Shown in pieces: positions 1 through 13,700 of a DNA stretch of 64,000 nucleotides. The translations under genes were made by a program, and so were the position numbers. A model generated the notes under the pieces. That model made no database searches. It was given only the letters and a program-made list of their open reading frames with translations, and was not told the DNA's origin. This DNA comes from Eledone cirrhosa (Eukaryota). Location: contig OZ024743.1 in the NCBI GenBank assembly GCA_964016885.1, positions 136,338,001-136,402,000 of the forward strand. Direction: 5' to 3'. Within the stretch, counting starts at the first letter, position 1. Each line of letters opens with the position of its first letter.

Positions 1-3000
1 TTTGGTATTTGGTGTTTGGTGTTTGGTGCTTGGTGCTTGGTGTTTGGTGCTTGGTGCTTGGTGCTTGGTGCTTGGTGTTTGGTGCTTGGTTCTTGGTGTT
101 TGGTGCTTGGTGCTTGGTGCTTGGTGTTTGGTGCTTGGTGCTTGGTGTTTGGTACTTGGTGCTTGGTGTTTGGTGTTTGGTGCTTGGTGTTTGGTGCTTG
201 GTGCTTGGTGCTTGGTGTTAAGTGTTTGGTGCTTGGTGCTTGGTGTTTGGTGCTTCGTGCTTGGTGCTTGGTGTTTGGTGCATGGTGCTTGATGTTTGGG
301 GCTTGGTGCCTGGTGCTTGGTGTTTGGTGCTTGGTGCTTGGTGCTTGGTGTTTGGTGTTTGGTGCTTGGTGCTTGGTGTTTGGTGCTTGGTGTTTGGTGC
401 TTGGTGTTCGGTGCTTGGTGCTTGGTGCTTGGTACTTGGTGTTAGGTTTTTGGTGCTTGGGGCTTGGTGTTTCATGTTTGGTCCTTGGTGCTTGGTGTTT
501 GGTGTTTGGTACTTGGTGCTTGGTGTTTCGTGTTTGGTGCTTGCTGCTTGCTGCTTGGTGTTTGGTGCTTGGTGATTGGTGCTTGGTGTTTGGTGCTTGG
601 TGGTTGGTGCTTGGTGTTTGGTGTTTGGTTCTAGGTGCTTGGTGCTTGGTGTTTGGTGCTTGGTGCTTGGTCTTTGGTGCTTGGTGCTTGGTGCTTGGGG
701 CTTGGTGTTTGGTGCTTGCTGCTTGGTGTTTGGTGCTTGCTGCTTGGTGTTTGGTGTTTGGTGTTTGGTGCTTGGTGTTTGGTGCTTGGTGCTTGGTGCT
801 GGGTGGTTGATGTTTGGTGCTTGGTGCTTGGTGTTTGGTGCTTGGTGCTTGGTGCTTATTGTTTGGTGCTTGGTGCTTGGTGCTTGGTGCTTGGTCTTTG
901 GTGCTTGGTGTTTGGTGTTTGGTGTTTGGTGTTTGTGCTTGGTGCTTGGTGCTTGGTGTTTGGTGCTAGGTGCTTAACGCTTGGTGTTTGGTGCTTGGTG
1001 TTTGGTGCTTGGGGTTTGGTGTTTTGTGTTTGCTGTTTGGTGTATGCGGTTTGGTGTCTGCTTTTTGGTGTTTGGTGTTTGCTGTATGGTGTTTGCAGTT
1101 TTGTGTTTCGTGTTTGCTGTTTGGTGTTTGGTGCTTGGTGCTTGGTGCTTGGTGTTTGGTGCTTGGTGCTTGGTGCTTGGTGTTTGGCGTTTGCTGTTTG
1201 CTGTTTGGTGTTTGGTGTTTGCTGTATGGTGTTTGCTGTTTGGTGTTTGGTGCTTGGTGCTTGGTGGCTGGTGTTTGGTGCTTGGTGTTTGGATTTTGGT
1301 CCTTGGTGCTTGGTGCCTGGTGTTTCGTGCTTGGTGCTTGGTGCTTGGTGTTTGGTGTTTGGTGCTTGGTGTTTGGTGTTTGGTATTTGGTGCTTGGTGC
1401 TTGGTGCTTCGTGTTTGGTGCTTGGTGCTTGGTGCTTGGTGTTTGATGCTGCGTTCTTATGGTTGGTGTTTGGTGCTTGGTGCTTGGTGTTTGGTGATTG
1501 GAGCTTGGTGACTGGTGCTTGTTGTTTGGTGCCTGGTGCTTGTTGTTTGGTGTTTGGTGCTTGGTGCTTGGTGTTTGGTGCTTGGTGCTTGGTGCTTGGT
1601 GTTTGGTGCTTGGTGCTTGGTGTTTGGTGCTTGGTGCTTGGTGCTTGGTGCTTGGTGTTAGGTGTTTAGTGCTTGGTGCTTGGTGTTTGATGTTTGGTCC
1701 TTGGTGCTTGCTGTTTGGTGTTTGGTGCTTGGTGCTTGGTGTTTGGTGTTTGGTGCTTGGTGCTTGGTGCTTGGTGTTTTGTGTTTGGAGTTTGGTGCTT
1801 GGTGTTTGGTGCTTCGGTCTTGGTGCTTGGTGTTTGGTGCTTGGTGTTTGGTGCTTGGTGCTTGGTGCCTGGTGCTTGGTGTTAGGTGTTTCGTGCTTGG
1901 TGCTTGGTGTTTGATGTTTGGTCCTTGGTGCTTGGTGTTTGGTGTTTGGTGCTTGTTGTGTGGTGTTTGTTGTTTGGTGCTTGGTGCTTGGTGTTTGGTG
2001 CTTGCTGCTTGCTGCTTGGGTTTTGGTGCTTGGTGATTGGTGCTTGGTGTTTTGCGCTTGGTGCTTGGTGTTTGGTGTTTGGTGTTTGGTGCTTGGTGCT
2101 TGGTGCTTGGTGCTTGGTGTTTGGTGCTGCGTGCTTGGTGTTTGGTGTCTGGAGTTTGGTGCTTGGTGCTTGTTGCCTGGTGTTTCGTGCTTGGTGCTTA
2201 GTGCTTGGTGTTTGGTGCTTGGTGTTTGGTGTTTGGTACTTGGTACTTGGTCTTTGGTGCTTGGTGCCTGGTGCTTGGTGTTTGGTGCTTGGTGCTTGGT
2301 GTTTGGTGATTGGTGCTTGGTGTTTGGTGATTGGTGCTTGATGCTTGGTGCTTGGTGTTAGGTGTTAGGTGCTTGGTGCTTGGTGTTTGATGTTTGGTCC
2401 TTGGTGCTTGGTGTTTGGTGTTTGGTGCTTGGTGCTTGTTGTTTGGTGTTTGGTGCTTGCTGCCTGGTGTTTGTTGCTTGGTGTTTTGTGCTTGATGCTT
2501 GGTGTTTGTTGTTTGGTGCTAGGGGCTTAGTGCTTGGTGCTTGGTGTTTGGCGTTTGGTGCTTGGTGCTTGGTGTTTGGTGCTTGGTGCTTGGTGTTTGG
2601 TGTTTGGTGCTTGGTGCCTGGTGCTTGTTGTTTGGTGTTTGGTGCTTGGTGCTTGGTGTTTGGTGTTTAGTGCTTGGTGTCTGGTGTTTGGTGCTTGGTG
2701 TTTGGTGTTTGGTGCTTGGTGCTTGGTGTTGGTGTTTGGTGTTTGGTGCTTGGTGCTTGGTGTTTGGTGTTTGGTGCTGGGTGCTTGGAGTTTGGTGCTT
2801 GGTGTTTGGTGCTTAGTGCTTGTTGTTTGGTGTTTGGTGCTTGGTGTTTGGTGTTTGGTGTTTGACGCTTGGTTTTTGCTGCTTGTTGCTTGGTGCTTGG
2901 TGCTTGGTGTTCTGTGTTTGGTGCTTGGTGCTTGGTGCCTGGTGCTTGGTGCTTGGTGCTTGTTGTTTGGTGCTTGGTGCTTGGTGATTAGTGTTTGGTG

Positions 3001-6000
3001 CTTGGTGCTTGGTGTTTGGTGTTTGGTGTTTCGTGCTTGGTGTCTAGTGTTTGGGTTTTGGTGTTTGGTGCTTGGTGCTTAGTGTTTGGTGTTTGTGCTT
3101 GGTGCTTGGTGTTTGGTGTTTGGTGCTTGGTGTTTGGTGCTTGGTGCTTTGTGCCTGCTGTTTGGTGCTAGGTGTATGGTGTTTGGTGCTTGGTGCTTGG
3201 TGTTTGGTGTTTGGTGTTTGGTGTATGGTGTTTGATGCTTGTTGCTTGGTGCTTGATGTTTTGTGTTTGGTGTTTGGTGCTTGGTGTATGTACTTGGTGC
3301 TTGGTGCTTGGTGTTTGGTGTTTGGTTCTTGGTGCTTGGTGCTTGGTGCTTGGTGCTTGGTGTTTGGTGCTTGGTGCTTGGTGTTTGGTGCTTGGTGTTT
3401 GGTGTTTGGTGCTTGGTGTTTGGTAATTGGTGCTTGGTGTTAAGTGTTTGGTGCTTGGTGTTTGGTGCTTCGTGCTTGGTGCTTGGTGTTTGGTGGATGG
3501 TGCTTGGTGTTTGGGGCTTGGTGCCTGGTGCTTTGTGTTTGGTGCTAGGTGCTTGGTGCTTGGTCTTTGGTGTTTGGTGCTTGGTGCTTGGTGCTTGGTG
3601 CTTGGTGCTTGGTGTTTGGTGCTTGGTGCTTGGTGCTTGGTGCTTGGCGTTTGCTCTTTGCTGTTTGGTGTTTGGTGCTTTCTGTTTGGTGTTTGGTGTT
3701 TGGTGTTTGGTGTTTGGTGCTTGCTGTTTGGTGCTTGGTGCTTGGTGTTTGGTCTTTGGTGTTTGGTGCTTGGTGCTTGGCGTTTGGGGCTTGGTGCTTG
3801 GTGCTGGGTGTTTGGTGCTTGGTGCTTGGTGTTTGGTGCTTGGTGCTTGATGCTTGGTGCTTGGTGTTTGGTCCTTGGTGCTTGGTGCTTGGTCTTTGGT
3901 GCTTGGGGTTTGGTGTTTGGTGCTTGGTGCTTGGTGTTTGGTGCTTGGTGCTTGGTGCTTGGTGTTTGGTGTTTGGTGCTTGCTGCTTGGTGCTTGGTGT
4001 TTGGTGCTTGGTGCTTGGTGATTAGTGTTTGGTGCATGGTGCTTGGTGTTTGTTGTTTGGTGCTTGGTGCTTGGTGTTTGGTGCTTGGTGCTTGCTGTTT
4101 GGTGTTTGGTGTTTGGTGCTTGGTGCTTGGTGTTTGGTGTTTGGTATTTGGTGTTTGGTGTTTGGTGCTTGGTGCTTGGTGTTTGGTGCTTGGTGCTTGG
4201 TGCTTGGTGCTTGGTGTTTGGTGCTTGGTTCTTGGTGTTTGGTGCTTGGTGCTTGGTGCTTGGTGTTTAGTGCTTGGTGCTTGGTGTTTGGTACTTGGTG
4301 CTTGGTGTTTGGTGTTTGGTGCTTGGTGTTTGGTGCTTGGTGCTTGGTGCTTGGTGTTAAGTGTTTGGTGCTTGGTGCTAGGTGTTTGGTGCTTCGTGCT
4401 TGGTGCTTGGTGTTTGGTGCATGGTGCTTGATGTTTGGGGCTTGGTGCCTGGTGCTTGGTGTTTGGTGCTTGGTGCTTGGTGCTTGGTGTTTGGTGTTTG
4501 GTGCTTGGTGCTTGGTGTTTGGTGCTTGGTGTTTGGTGCTTGGTGTTCGGTGCTTGGTGCTTGGTGCTTGGTACTTGGTGTTAGGTTTTTGGTGCTTGGG
4601 GCTTGGTGTTTCATGTTTGGTCCTTGGTGCTTGGTGTTTGGTGTTTGGTGCTTGGTGCTTGGTGTTTCGTGTTTGGTGCTTGCTGCTTGCTGCTTGGTGT
4701 TTGGTGCTTGGTGATTGGTGCTTGGTGTTTGGTGCTTGGTGGTTGGTGCTTGGTGTTTGGTGTTTGGTTCTAGGTGCTTGGTGCTTGGTGTTTGGTGCTT
4801 GGTGCTTGGTCTTTGGTGCTTGGTGCTTGGTGCTTGGGGCTTGGTGTTTGGTGCTTGCTGCTTGGTGTTTGGTGCTTGCTGCTTGGTGTTTGGTGTTTGG
4901 TGTTTGGTGCTTGGTGTTTGGTGCTTGGTGCTTGGTGCTGGGTGGTTGATGTTTGGTGCTTGGTGCTTGGTGTTTGGTGCTTGGTGCTTGGTGCTTATTG
5001 TTTGGTGCTTGGTGCTTGGTGCTTGGTCTTTGGTGCTTGGTGTTTGGTGTTTGGTGTTTGGTGTTTGTGCTTGGTGCTTGGTGCTTGGTGTTTGGTGCTA
5101 GGTGCTTAACGCTTGGTGTTTGGTGCTTGGTGTTTGGTGCTTGGGGTTTGGTGTTTTGTGTTTGCTGTTTGGTGTATGCGGTTTGGTGTCTGCTTTTTGG
5201 TGTTTGGTGTTTGCTGTATGGTGTTTGCAGTTTTGTGTTTCGTGTTTGCTGTTTGGTGTTTGGTGCTTGGTGCTTGGTGCTTGGTGTTTGGTGCTTGGTG
5301 CTTGGTGCTTGGTGTTTGGCGTTTGCTGTTTGCTGTTTGGTGTTTGGTGTTTGCTGTATGGTGTTTGCTGTTTGGTGTTTGGTGCTTGGTGCTTGGTGGC
5401 TGGTGTTTGGTGCTTGGTGTTTGGATTTTGGTCCTTGGTGCTTGGTGCCTGGTGTTTCGTGCTTGGTGCTTGGTGCTTGGTGTTTGGTGTTTGGTGCTTG
5501 GTGTTTGGTGTTTGGTATTTGGTGCTTGGTGCTTGGTGCTTCGTGTTTGGTGCTTGGTGCTTGGTGCTTGGTGTTTGATGCTGCGTTCTTATGTTTGGTG
5601 TTTGGTGCTTGGTGCTTGGTGTTTGGTGATTGGAGCTTGGTGACTGGTGCTTGTTGTTTGGTGCCTGGTGCTTGTTGTTTGGTGTTTGGTGCTTGGTGCT
5701 TGGTGTTTGGTGCTTGGTGCTTGGTGCTTGGTGTTTGGTGCTTGGTGCTTGGTGTTTGGTGCTTGGTGCTTGGTGCTTGGTGCTTGGTGTTAGGTGTTTA
5801 GTGCTTGGTGCTTGGTGTTTGATGTTTGGTCCTTGGTGCTTGGTGTTTGGTGTTTGGTGCTTGGTGCTTGGTGTTTGGTGTTTGGTGCTTGGTGCTTGGT
5901 GCTTGGTGTTTTGTGTTTGGAGTTTGGTGCTTGGTGTTTGGTGCTTCGGTCTTGGTGCTTGGTGTTTGGTGCTTGGTGTTTGGTGCTTGGTGCTTGGTGT

Positions 6001-9000
6001 TAGGTGTTTCGTGCTTGGTGCTTGGTGTTTGATGTTTGGTCCTTGGTGCTTGGTGTTTGGTGTTTGGTGCTTGTTGTGTGGTGTTTGTTGTTTGGTGCTT
6101 GGTGCTTGGTGTTTGGTGCTTGCTGCTTGCTGCTTGGGTTTTGGTGCTTGGTGATTGGTGCTTGGTGTTTTGCGCTTGGTGCTTGGTGTTTGGTGTTTGG
6201 TGTTTGGTGCTTGGTGCTTGGTGCTTGGTGCTTGGTGTTTGGTGCTGCGTGCTTGGTGTTTGATGTCTGGAGTTTGGTGCTTGGTGCTTGTTGCCTGGTG
6301 TTTCGTGCTTGGTGCTTAGTGCTTGGTGTTTGGTGCTTGGTGTTTGGTGTTTGGTACTTGGTACTTGGTCTTTGGTGCTTGGTGCCTGGTGCTTGGTGTT
6401 TGGTGCTTGGTGCTTGGTGTTTGGTGATTGGTGCTTGGTGTTTGGTGATTGGTGCTTGATGCTTGGTGCTTGGTGTTAGGTGTTAGGTGCTTGGTGCTTG
6501 GTGTTTGATGTTTGGTCCTTGGTGCTTGGTGTTTGGTGTTTGGTGCTTGGTGCTTGTTGTTTGGTGTTTGGTGCTTGCTGCCTGGTGTTTGTTGCTTGGT
6601 GTTTTGTGCTTGATGCTTGGTGTTTGTTGTTTGGTGCTAGGGGCTTAGTGCTTGGTGCTTGGTGTTTGGCGTTTGGTGCTTGGTGCTTGGTGTTTGGTGC
6701 TTGGTGCTTGGTGTTTGGTGTTTGGTGCTTGGTGCCTGGTGCTTGTTGTTTGGTGTTTGGTGCTTGGTGCTTGGTGTTTGGTGTTTAGTGCTTGGTGTCT
6801 GGTGTTTGGTGCTTGGTGTTTGGTGTTTGGTGCTTGGTGCTTGGTGTTGGTGTTTGGTGTTTGGTGCTTGGTGCTTGGTGTTTGGTGTTTGGTGCTGGGT
6901 GCTTGGAGTTTGGTGCTTGGTGTTTGGTGCTTAGTGCTTGTTGTTTGGTGTTTGGTGCTTGGTGTTTGGTGTTTGGTGTTTGACGCTTGGTTTTTGCTGC
7001 TTGTTGCTTGGTGCTTGGTGCTTGGTGTTCTGTGTTTGGTGCTTGGTGCTTGGTGCCTGGTGCCTGGTGCTTGGTGCTTGTTGTTTGGTGCTTGGTGCTT
7101 GGTGATTAGTGTTTGGTGCTTGGTGCTTGGTGTTTGGTGTTTGGTGTTTCGTGCTTGGTGTCTAGTGTTTGGGTTTTGGTGTTTGGTGCTTGGTGCTTAG
7201 TGTTTGGTGTTTGTGCTTGGTGCTTGGTGTTTGGTGTTTGGTGCTTGGTGTTTGGTGCTTGGTGCTTTGTGCCTGCTGTTTGGTGCTAGGTGTATGGTGT
7301 TTGGTGCTTGGTGCTTGGTGTTTGGTGTTTGGTGTTTGGTGTATGGTGTTTGATGCTTGTTGCTTGGTGCTTGATGTTTTGTGTTTGGTGTTTGGTGCTT
7401 GGTGTATGTACTTGGTGCTTGGTGCTTGGTGTTTGGTGTTTGGTTCTTGGTGCTTGGTGCTTGGTGCTTGGTGCTTGGTGTTTGGTGCTTGGTGCTTGGT
7501 GTTTGGTGCTTGGTGTTTGGTGTTTGGTGCTTGGTGTTTGGTACTTGGTGCTTGGTGCTTGGTGTTAAGTGTTTGGTGCTTGGTGTTTGGTGCTTCGTGC
7601 TTGGTGCTTGGTGTTTGGTGGATGGTGCTTGGTGTTTGGGGCTTGGTGCCTGGTGCTTTGTGTTTGGTGCTAGGTGCTTGGTGCTTGGTCTTTGGTGTTT
7701 GGTGCTTGGTGCTTGGTGCTTGGTGCTTGGTGCTTGGTGTTTGGTGCTTGGTGCTTGGTGCTTGGTGCTTGGCGTTTGCTCTTTGCTGTTTGGTGTTTGG
7801 TGCTTTCTGTTTGGTGTTTGGTGTTTGGTGTTTGGTGTTTGGTGCTTGCTGTTTGGTGCTTGGTGCTTGGTGTTTGGTCTTTGGTGTTTGGTGCTTGGTG
7901 CTTGGCGTTTGGGGCTTGGTGCTTGGTGCTGGGTGTTTGGTGCTTGGTGCTTGGTGTTTGGTGCTTGGTGCTTGATGCTTGGTGCTTGGTGTTTGGTCCT
8001 TGGTGCTTGGTGCTTGGTCTTTGGTGCTTGGGGTTTGGTGTTTGGTGCTTGGTGCTTGGTGTTTGGTGCTTGGTGCTTGGTGCTTGGTGTTTGGTGTTTG
8101 GTGCTTGCTGCTTGGTGCTTGGTGTTTGGTGCTTGGTGCTTGGTGATTAGTGTTTGGTGCATGGTGCTTGGTGTTTGTTGTTTGGTGCTTGGTGCTTGGT
8201 GTTTGGTGCTTGGTGCTTGCTGTTTGGTGTTTGGTGTTTGGTGCTTGGTGCTTGGTGTTTGGTGTTTGGTATTTGGTGTTTGGTGTTTGGTGCTTGGTGC
8301 TTGGTGTTTGGTGCTTGGTGCTTGGTGCTTGGTGCTTGGTGTTTGGTGCTTGGTTCTTGGTGTTTGGTGCTTGGTGCTTGGTGCTTGCTGTTTGGTGCTT
8401 GGTGCTTGGTGTTTGGTACTTGGTGCTTGGTGTTTGGTGTTTGGTGCTTGGTGTTTGGTGCTTGGTGCTTGGTGCTTGGTGTTAAGTGTTTGGTGCTTGG
8501 TGCTTGGTGTTTGGTGCTTCGTGCTTGGTGCTTGGTGTTTGGTGCATGGTGCTTGATGTTTGGGGCTTGGTGCCTGGTGCTTGGTGTTTGGTGCTTGGTG
8601 CTTGGTGCTTGGTGTTTGGTGTTTGGTGCTTGGTGCTTGGTGTTTGGTGCTTGGTGTTTGGTGCTTGGTGTTCGGTGCTTGGTGCTTGGTGCTTGGTACT
8701 TGGTGTTAGGTTTTTGGTGCTTGGGGCTTGGTGTTTCATGTTTGGTCCTTGGTGCTTGGTGTTTGGTGTTTGGTGCTTGGTGCTTGGTGTTTCGTGTTTG
8801 GTGCTTGCTGCTTGCTGCTTGGTGTTTGGTGCTTGGTGATTGGTGCTTGGTGTTTGGTGCTTGGTGGTTGGTGCTTGGTGTTTGGTGTTTGGTTCTAGGT
8901 GCTTGGTGCTTGGTGTTTGGTGCTTGGTGCTTGGTCTTTGGTGCTTGGTGCTTGGTGCTTGGGGCTTGGTGTTTGGTGCTTGCTGCTTGGTGTTTGGTGC

Positions 9001-10777
9001 TTGCTGCTTGGTGTTTGGTGTTTGGTGTTTGGTGCTTGGTGTTTGGTGCTTGGTGCTTGGTGCTGGGTGGTTGATGTTTGGTGCTTGGTGCTTGGTGTTT
9101 GGTGCTTGGTGCTTGGTGCTTATTGTTTGGTGCTTGGTGCTTGGTGCTTGGTGCTTGGTCTTTGGTGCTTGGTGTTTGGTGTTTGGTGTTTGGTGTTTGT
9201 GCTTGGTGCTTGGTGCTTGGTGTTTGGTGCTAGGTGCTTAACGCTTGGTGTTTGGTGCTTGGTGTTTGGTGCTTGGGGTTTGGTGTTTTGTGTTTGCTGT
9301 TTGGTGTATGCGGTTTGGTGTCTGCTTTTTGGTGTTTGGTGTTTGCTGTATGGTGTTTGCAGTTTTGTGTTTCGTGTTTGCTGTTTGGTGTTTGGTGCTT
9401 GGTGCTTGGTGCTTGGTGTTTGGTGCTTGGTGCTTGGTGCTTGGTGTTTGGCGTTTGCTGTTTGCTGTTTGGTGTTTGGTGTTTGCTGTATGGTGTTTGC
9501 TGTTTGGTGTTTGGTGCTTGGTGCTTGGTGGCTGGTGTTTGGTGCTTGGTGTTTGGATTTTGGTCCTTGGTGCTTGGTGCCTGGTGTTTCGTGCTTGGTG
9601 CTTGGTGCTTGGTGTTTGGTGTTTGGTGCTTGGTGCTTGGTGCTTCGTGTTTGGTGCTTGGTGCTTGGTGCTTGGTGTTTGATGCTGCGTTCTTATGTTT
9701 GGTGTTTGGTGCTTGGTGCTTGGTGTTTGGTGATTGGAGCTTGGTGACTGGTGCTTGTTGTTTGGTGCCTGGTGCTTGTTGTTTGGTGTTTGGTGCTTGG
9801 TGCTTGGTGTTTGGTGCTTGGTGCTTGGTGCTTGGTGTTTGGTGCTTGGTGCTTGGTGTTTGGTGCTTGGTGCTTGGTGCTTGGTGCTTGGTGTTAGGTG
9901 TTTAGTGCTTGGTGCTTGGTGTTTGATGTTTGGTCCTTGGTGCTTGGTGTTTGGTGTTTGGTGCTTGGTGCTTGGTGTTTGGTGTTTGGTGCTTGGTGCT
10001 TGGTGCTTGGTGTTTTGTGTTTGGAGTTTGGTGCTTGGTGTTTGGTGCTTCGGTCTTGGTGCTTGGTGTTTGGTGCTTGGTGTTTGGTGCTTGGTGCTTG
10101 GTGCCTGGTGCTTGGTGTTAGGTGTTTGGTGCTTGGTGCTTGGTGTTTGATGTTTGGTCCTTGGTGCTTGGTGTTTGGTGTTTGGTGCTTGTTGTGTGGT
10201 GTTTGTTGTTTGGTGCTTGGTGCTTGGTGTTTGGTGCTTGCTGCTTGCTGCTTGGGTTTTGGTGCTTGGTGATTGGTGCTTGGTGTTTTGCGCTTGGTGC
10301 TTGGTGTTTGGTGTTTGGTGTTTGGTGCTTGGTGCTTGGTGCTTGGTGCTTGGTGTTTGGTGCTGCGTGCTTGGTGTTTGGTGTCTGGAGTTTGGTGCTT
10401 GGTGCTTGTTGCCTGGTGTTTCGTGCTTGGTGCTTAGTGCTTGGTGTTTGGTGCTTGGTGTTTGGTGTTTGGTACTTGGTACTTGGTCTTTGGTGCTTGG
10501 TGCCTGGTGCTTGGTGTTTGGTGCTTGGTGCTTGGTGTTTGGTGATTGGTGCTTGGTGTTTGGTGATTGGTGCTTGATGCTTGGTGCTTGGTGTTAGGTG
10601 TTAGGTGCTTGGTGCTTGGTGTTTGATGTTTGGTCCTTGGTGCTTGGTGTTTGGTGTTTGGTGCTTGGTGCTTGTTGTTTGGTGTTTGGTGCTTGCTGCC
10701 TGGTGTTTGTTGCTTGGTGTTTTGTGCTTGATGCTTGGTGTTTGTTGTTTGGTGCTAGGGGCTTAGTGCTTGGTGCT
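1..10777 (+). repeat. Higher-order repeat, period about 4.12-4.14 kb, about 2.6 copies visible
   Basis: Marker CTTAACGC at 973, 5105 and 9237 (4132 apart). Matching ORF translations at 2362, 6480 and 10598 (4118 apart). ORF ends at 475, 4614 and 8739 (4139, 4125). Offsets differ only by multiples of 7. The match breaks near 10777. Confidence 0.93.
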
Positions 10778-13700
10778 TGCTGTTTGGTGCTTGGTGTTTG
10801 GTGCTTGGTGTTTGGTGCTTGGTGTTTGGGGCTTGGTGTTCGGTGCTTGGTGACTGGTGCTTGGGGCTTGGTGTTTGGTGTTTGTTGCTTGGTGCTTGGT
10901 ATTTGATGTTGGGTCCTTGGTGCTTGGTGTTTGGTGTTTGGTGCTTGGTGTTTGGTGTTTGGTGCTTGGTGCTTGGTGTTGGTGTTTGGTGCTTGGTGCT
11001 TGGGGCTTGGTGTTTGGTGCTTGGTGCTTGGTGTTTGGTGTTTGGTGCTTGGTGCTTGGGGCTTGGTGTTTGGTGCTTGGTGCTTTGTGCTTGGTGTTTA
11101 GTGTTTGGTGTTTGGTGCTTGGTGTTTGGTGCTTGGTGCTTGGTGCTGGGTGGTTGGTGTTTGGTGCTTGGTGCTTGGTGTTTGGTGCTTGGTGCTTGGT
11201 GCTTGGTGCTTGGTCTTTGGTGCTTGGAGTTTGGTGGTTGGTGCTTGGTGCATGGTGTTTGGTGTTTGGTGTTTGCTGTTTGGTGTCTGCTTTTTGGTAT
11301 TTAGTGTTTGCTGTATGGTGTTTGCTGTTTCGTATTTGGTGCTTGGTGTTTGGTGCTTGGTGCTTGGTGTTTGGCGTTTGGTGCTTGGTGCGTGGTGTTT
11401 GGTGCTTGGTGCTTGGTGTTTGGTGTTTGGTGCTTGGTGCCTGGTGCTTGTTGTTTGGTGTTTGGTGCTTGGTGCTTGGTGTTTGGTGTTTGGTGCTTGG
11501 TGTCTGGTGTTTGGTGCTTGGTGTTTGGTGTTTGGTGCTTGGTGCTTGGTGTTGGTGTTTGGTGTTTGGTGCTTGGTGCTTGGTGTTTGGTGTTTGGTGC
11601 TGGGTGCTTGGAGTTTGGTGCTTGGTGTTTGGTGCTTAGTGCTTGGTGTTTGGTGTTTGGTGTTGCTGTTTGGTGTTTGGTGCTTGATGCTTGGTTTTTG
11701 CTGCTTGTTGCTTGGTGCTTGGTGCTTGGTGTTCTGTGTTTGGTGCTTGGTGCTTGGTGATTAGTGTTTGGTGCTTGGTGCTTGGTGTTTGGTGTTTCGT
11801 GTTTCGTGCTTGGTGTCTAGTGTTTGGGTTTTGGTGTTTGGTGCTTGGTGCTTAGTGTTTGGTGTTTGTGCTCGGTGCTTGGTGTTTGGTGTTTGGTGCT
11901 TGGTATTTGGTGCTTGGTGCTTTGTGCTTGCTGTTTGGTGCTGGGTGTATGGTGTTTGGTGCTTGGTGCTTGGTGCTTGGTGTTTGGTGTTTGGTGCTTG
12001 GTACTTGGTGTTTGGTGTTTGATGCTTGGTGTTTGATGCTTGTTGCTTGGTGCTTGATGTTTTGTGTTTGGTGTTTGGTGCTTGGTGTATGTACTTGGTG
12101 CTTGGTGCTTGGTGTTTGGTGCTTGGTTCTTGGTGCTTGGTGCTTGGTGCTTGGTGTTTGGTGCTTGGTGCTTGGTGTTTGGTGCTTGGTGTTTGGTGTT
12201 TGGTGCTTGGTGTTTGGTACTTGGTGCTTGGTGCTTGGTGTTAAGTGTTTGGTGCTTGGTGCTTGGTGTTTGGTGCTTCGTGCTTGGTGCTTGGTGTTTG
12301 GTGGATGGTGCTTGGTGTTTGGGGCTTGGTGCCTGGTGCTTTGTGTTTGGTGCTAGGTGCTTGGTGCTTGGTCTTCGGTGTTTGGTGCTTGGTGCTTGGT
12401 GCTTGGTGTTTGGTGCTTGGTGCTTGGTGCTTGGTTATTAGTGTTTGGTGCTTGGTGCTTGGGGTTTGGTGTTTGGTGTTTGGTGTTTCGTGTTTGATGC
12501 TTGGTGTTTGCTGCTTGGTGCTTGGTGCTTGGTGTTTTGTGTTTGGTGCTTGGTGCTTGGTGCCTGCTGCTTGGTGAATGGTGCTTGTTGTTTGGTGCTT
12601 GGTGCTTGGTGATTAGTGTTTGGTGCTTGGTGCTTGCGGTTTGGTGTTTGGTGCTTGGGGTTTGGTATTTGGTGCTTGGTGCTTGGTGTTTGGTGCTTGG
12701 TGCTTGGTGCTTGGTGTTTGGTGCTTGGTGCTTGGTGTTTGGTGCTTGGTGCTTGGTGTTTGGTGTTTGGCGTTTGCTGTTTGCTGTTTGGTGTTTGCTG
12801 TTTGCTGTTTGGTGTTTGCTGTTTGGTGTTTGGTGTTTGGTGCTTGCTGTTTGGTGCTTGGTGCTTGGTGTTTGCTGTATGGTGTTTGCTGTTTCGTGTT
12901 TGGTGTTTGCTGTTTGGTGTTTAATGCTTGGTGCTTGGTGCTTGGTGTTTGGTGCTTGGTGCTTGGTGCTTGGTGTTTGGCGTTTGCTCTTTGCTGTTTG
13001 GTGTTTGGTGCTTGCTGTTTGGTGTTTGGTGTTTGGTGTTTGGTGTTTGGTGCTTGCTATTTGGTGCTTGGTGCTTGGTGTTTGGTGTTTGGTGCTTGGT
13101 GTGTGGTGTTAAGTGTTTGGTGCTTGGTGCTTGGTGTTTGGTGCTTCGTGCTTGGTGCTTGGTGTTTGGTGCATGGTGCTTGGTGTTTGGCGCTTGGTGC
13201 CTGGTGCTTTGTGTTTGGTGCTAGGTGCTTGGTGCTTGGTGTTTGGTGCTTGGTGCTTGGTGCTTGGTTATTAGTGTTTGGTGCTTGGTGCTTGGGGTTT
13301 GGTGTTTGGTGCTTGGTGCTTGGTGTTTGGTGTTTGCTGTATGGTGTTTGCTGTTTCGTGTTTGGTGTTTGCTGTTTGGTGTTTAATGCTTGGTGCTTGG
13401 TGCTTGGTGTTTGGTGCTTGGTGCTTGGTGCTTGGTGTTTGGCGTTTGCTCTTTGCTGTTTGGTGTTTGGTGCTTGCTGTTTGGTGTTTGGTGTTTGGTG
13501 TTTGGTGTTTGGTGCTTGCTGTTTGGTGCTTGGTGCTTGGTGTTTGGTCTTTGGTGTTTGGTGCTTGGTGCTTGGTGTTTGGTGCTTGGTGCTTGGTGCT
13601 TGGTGCTGGGTGTTTGGTGCTTGGTGCTTGGTGTTTAGTGCTTGGTGCTTGATGCTTGGTGCTTGGTGTTTGGTCCTTGGTGCTTGGTGCTTGGTCTTTG

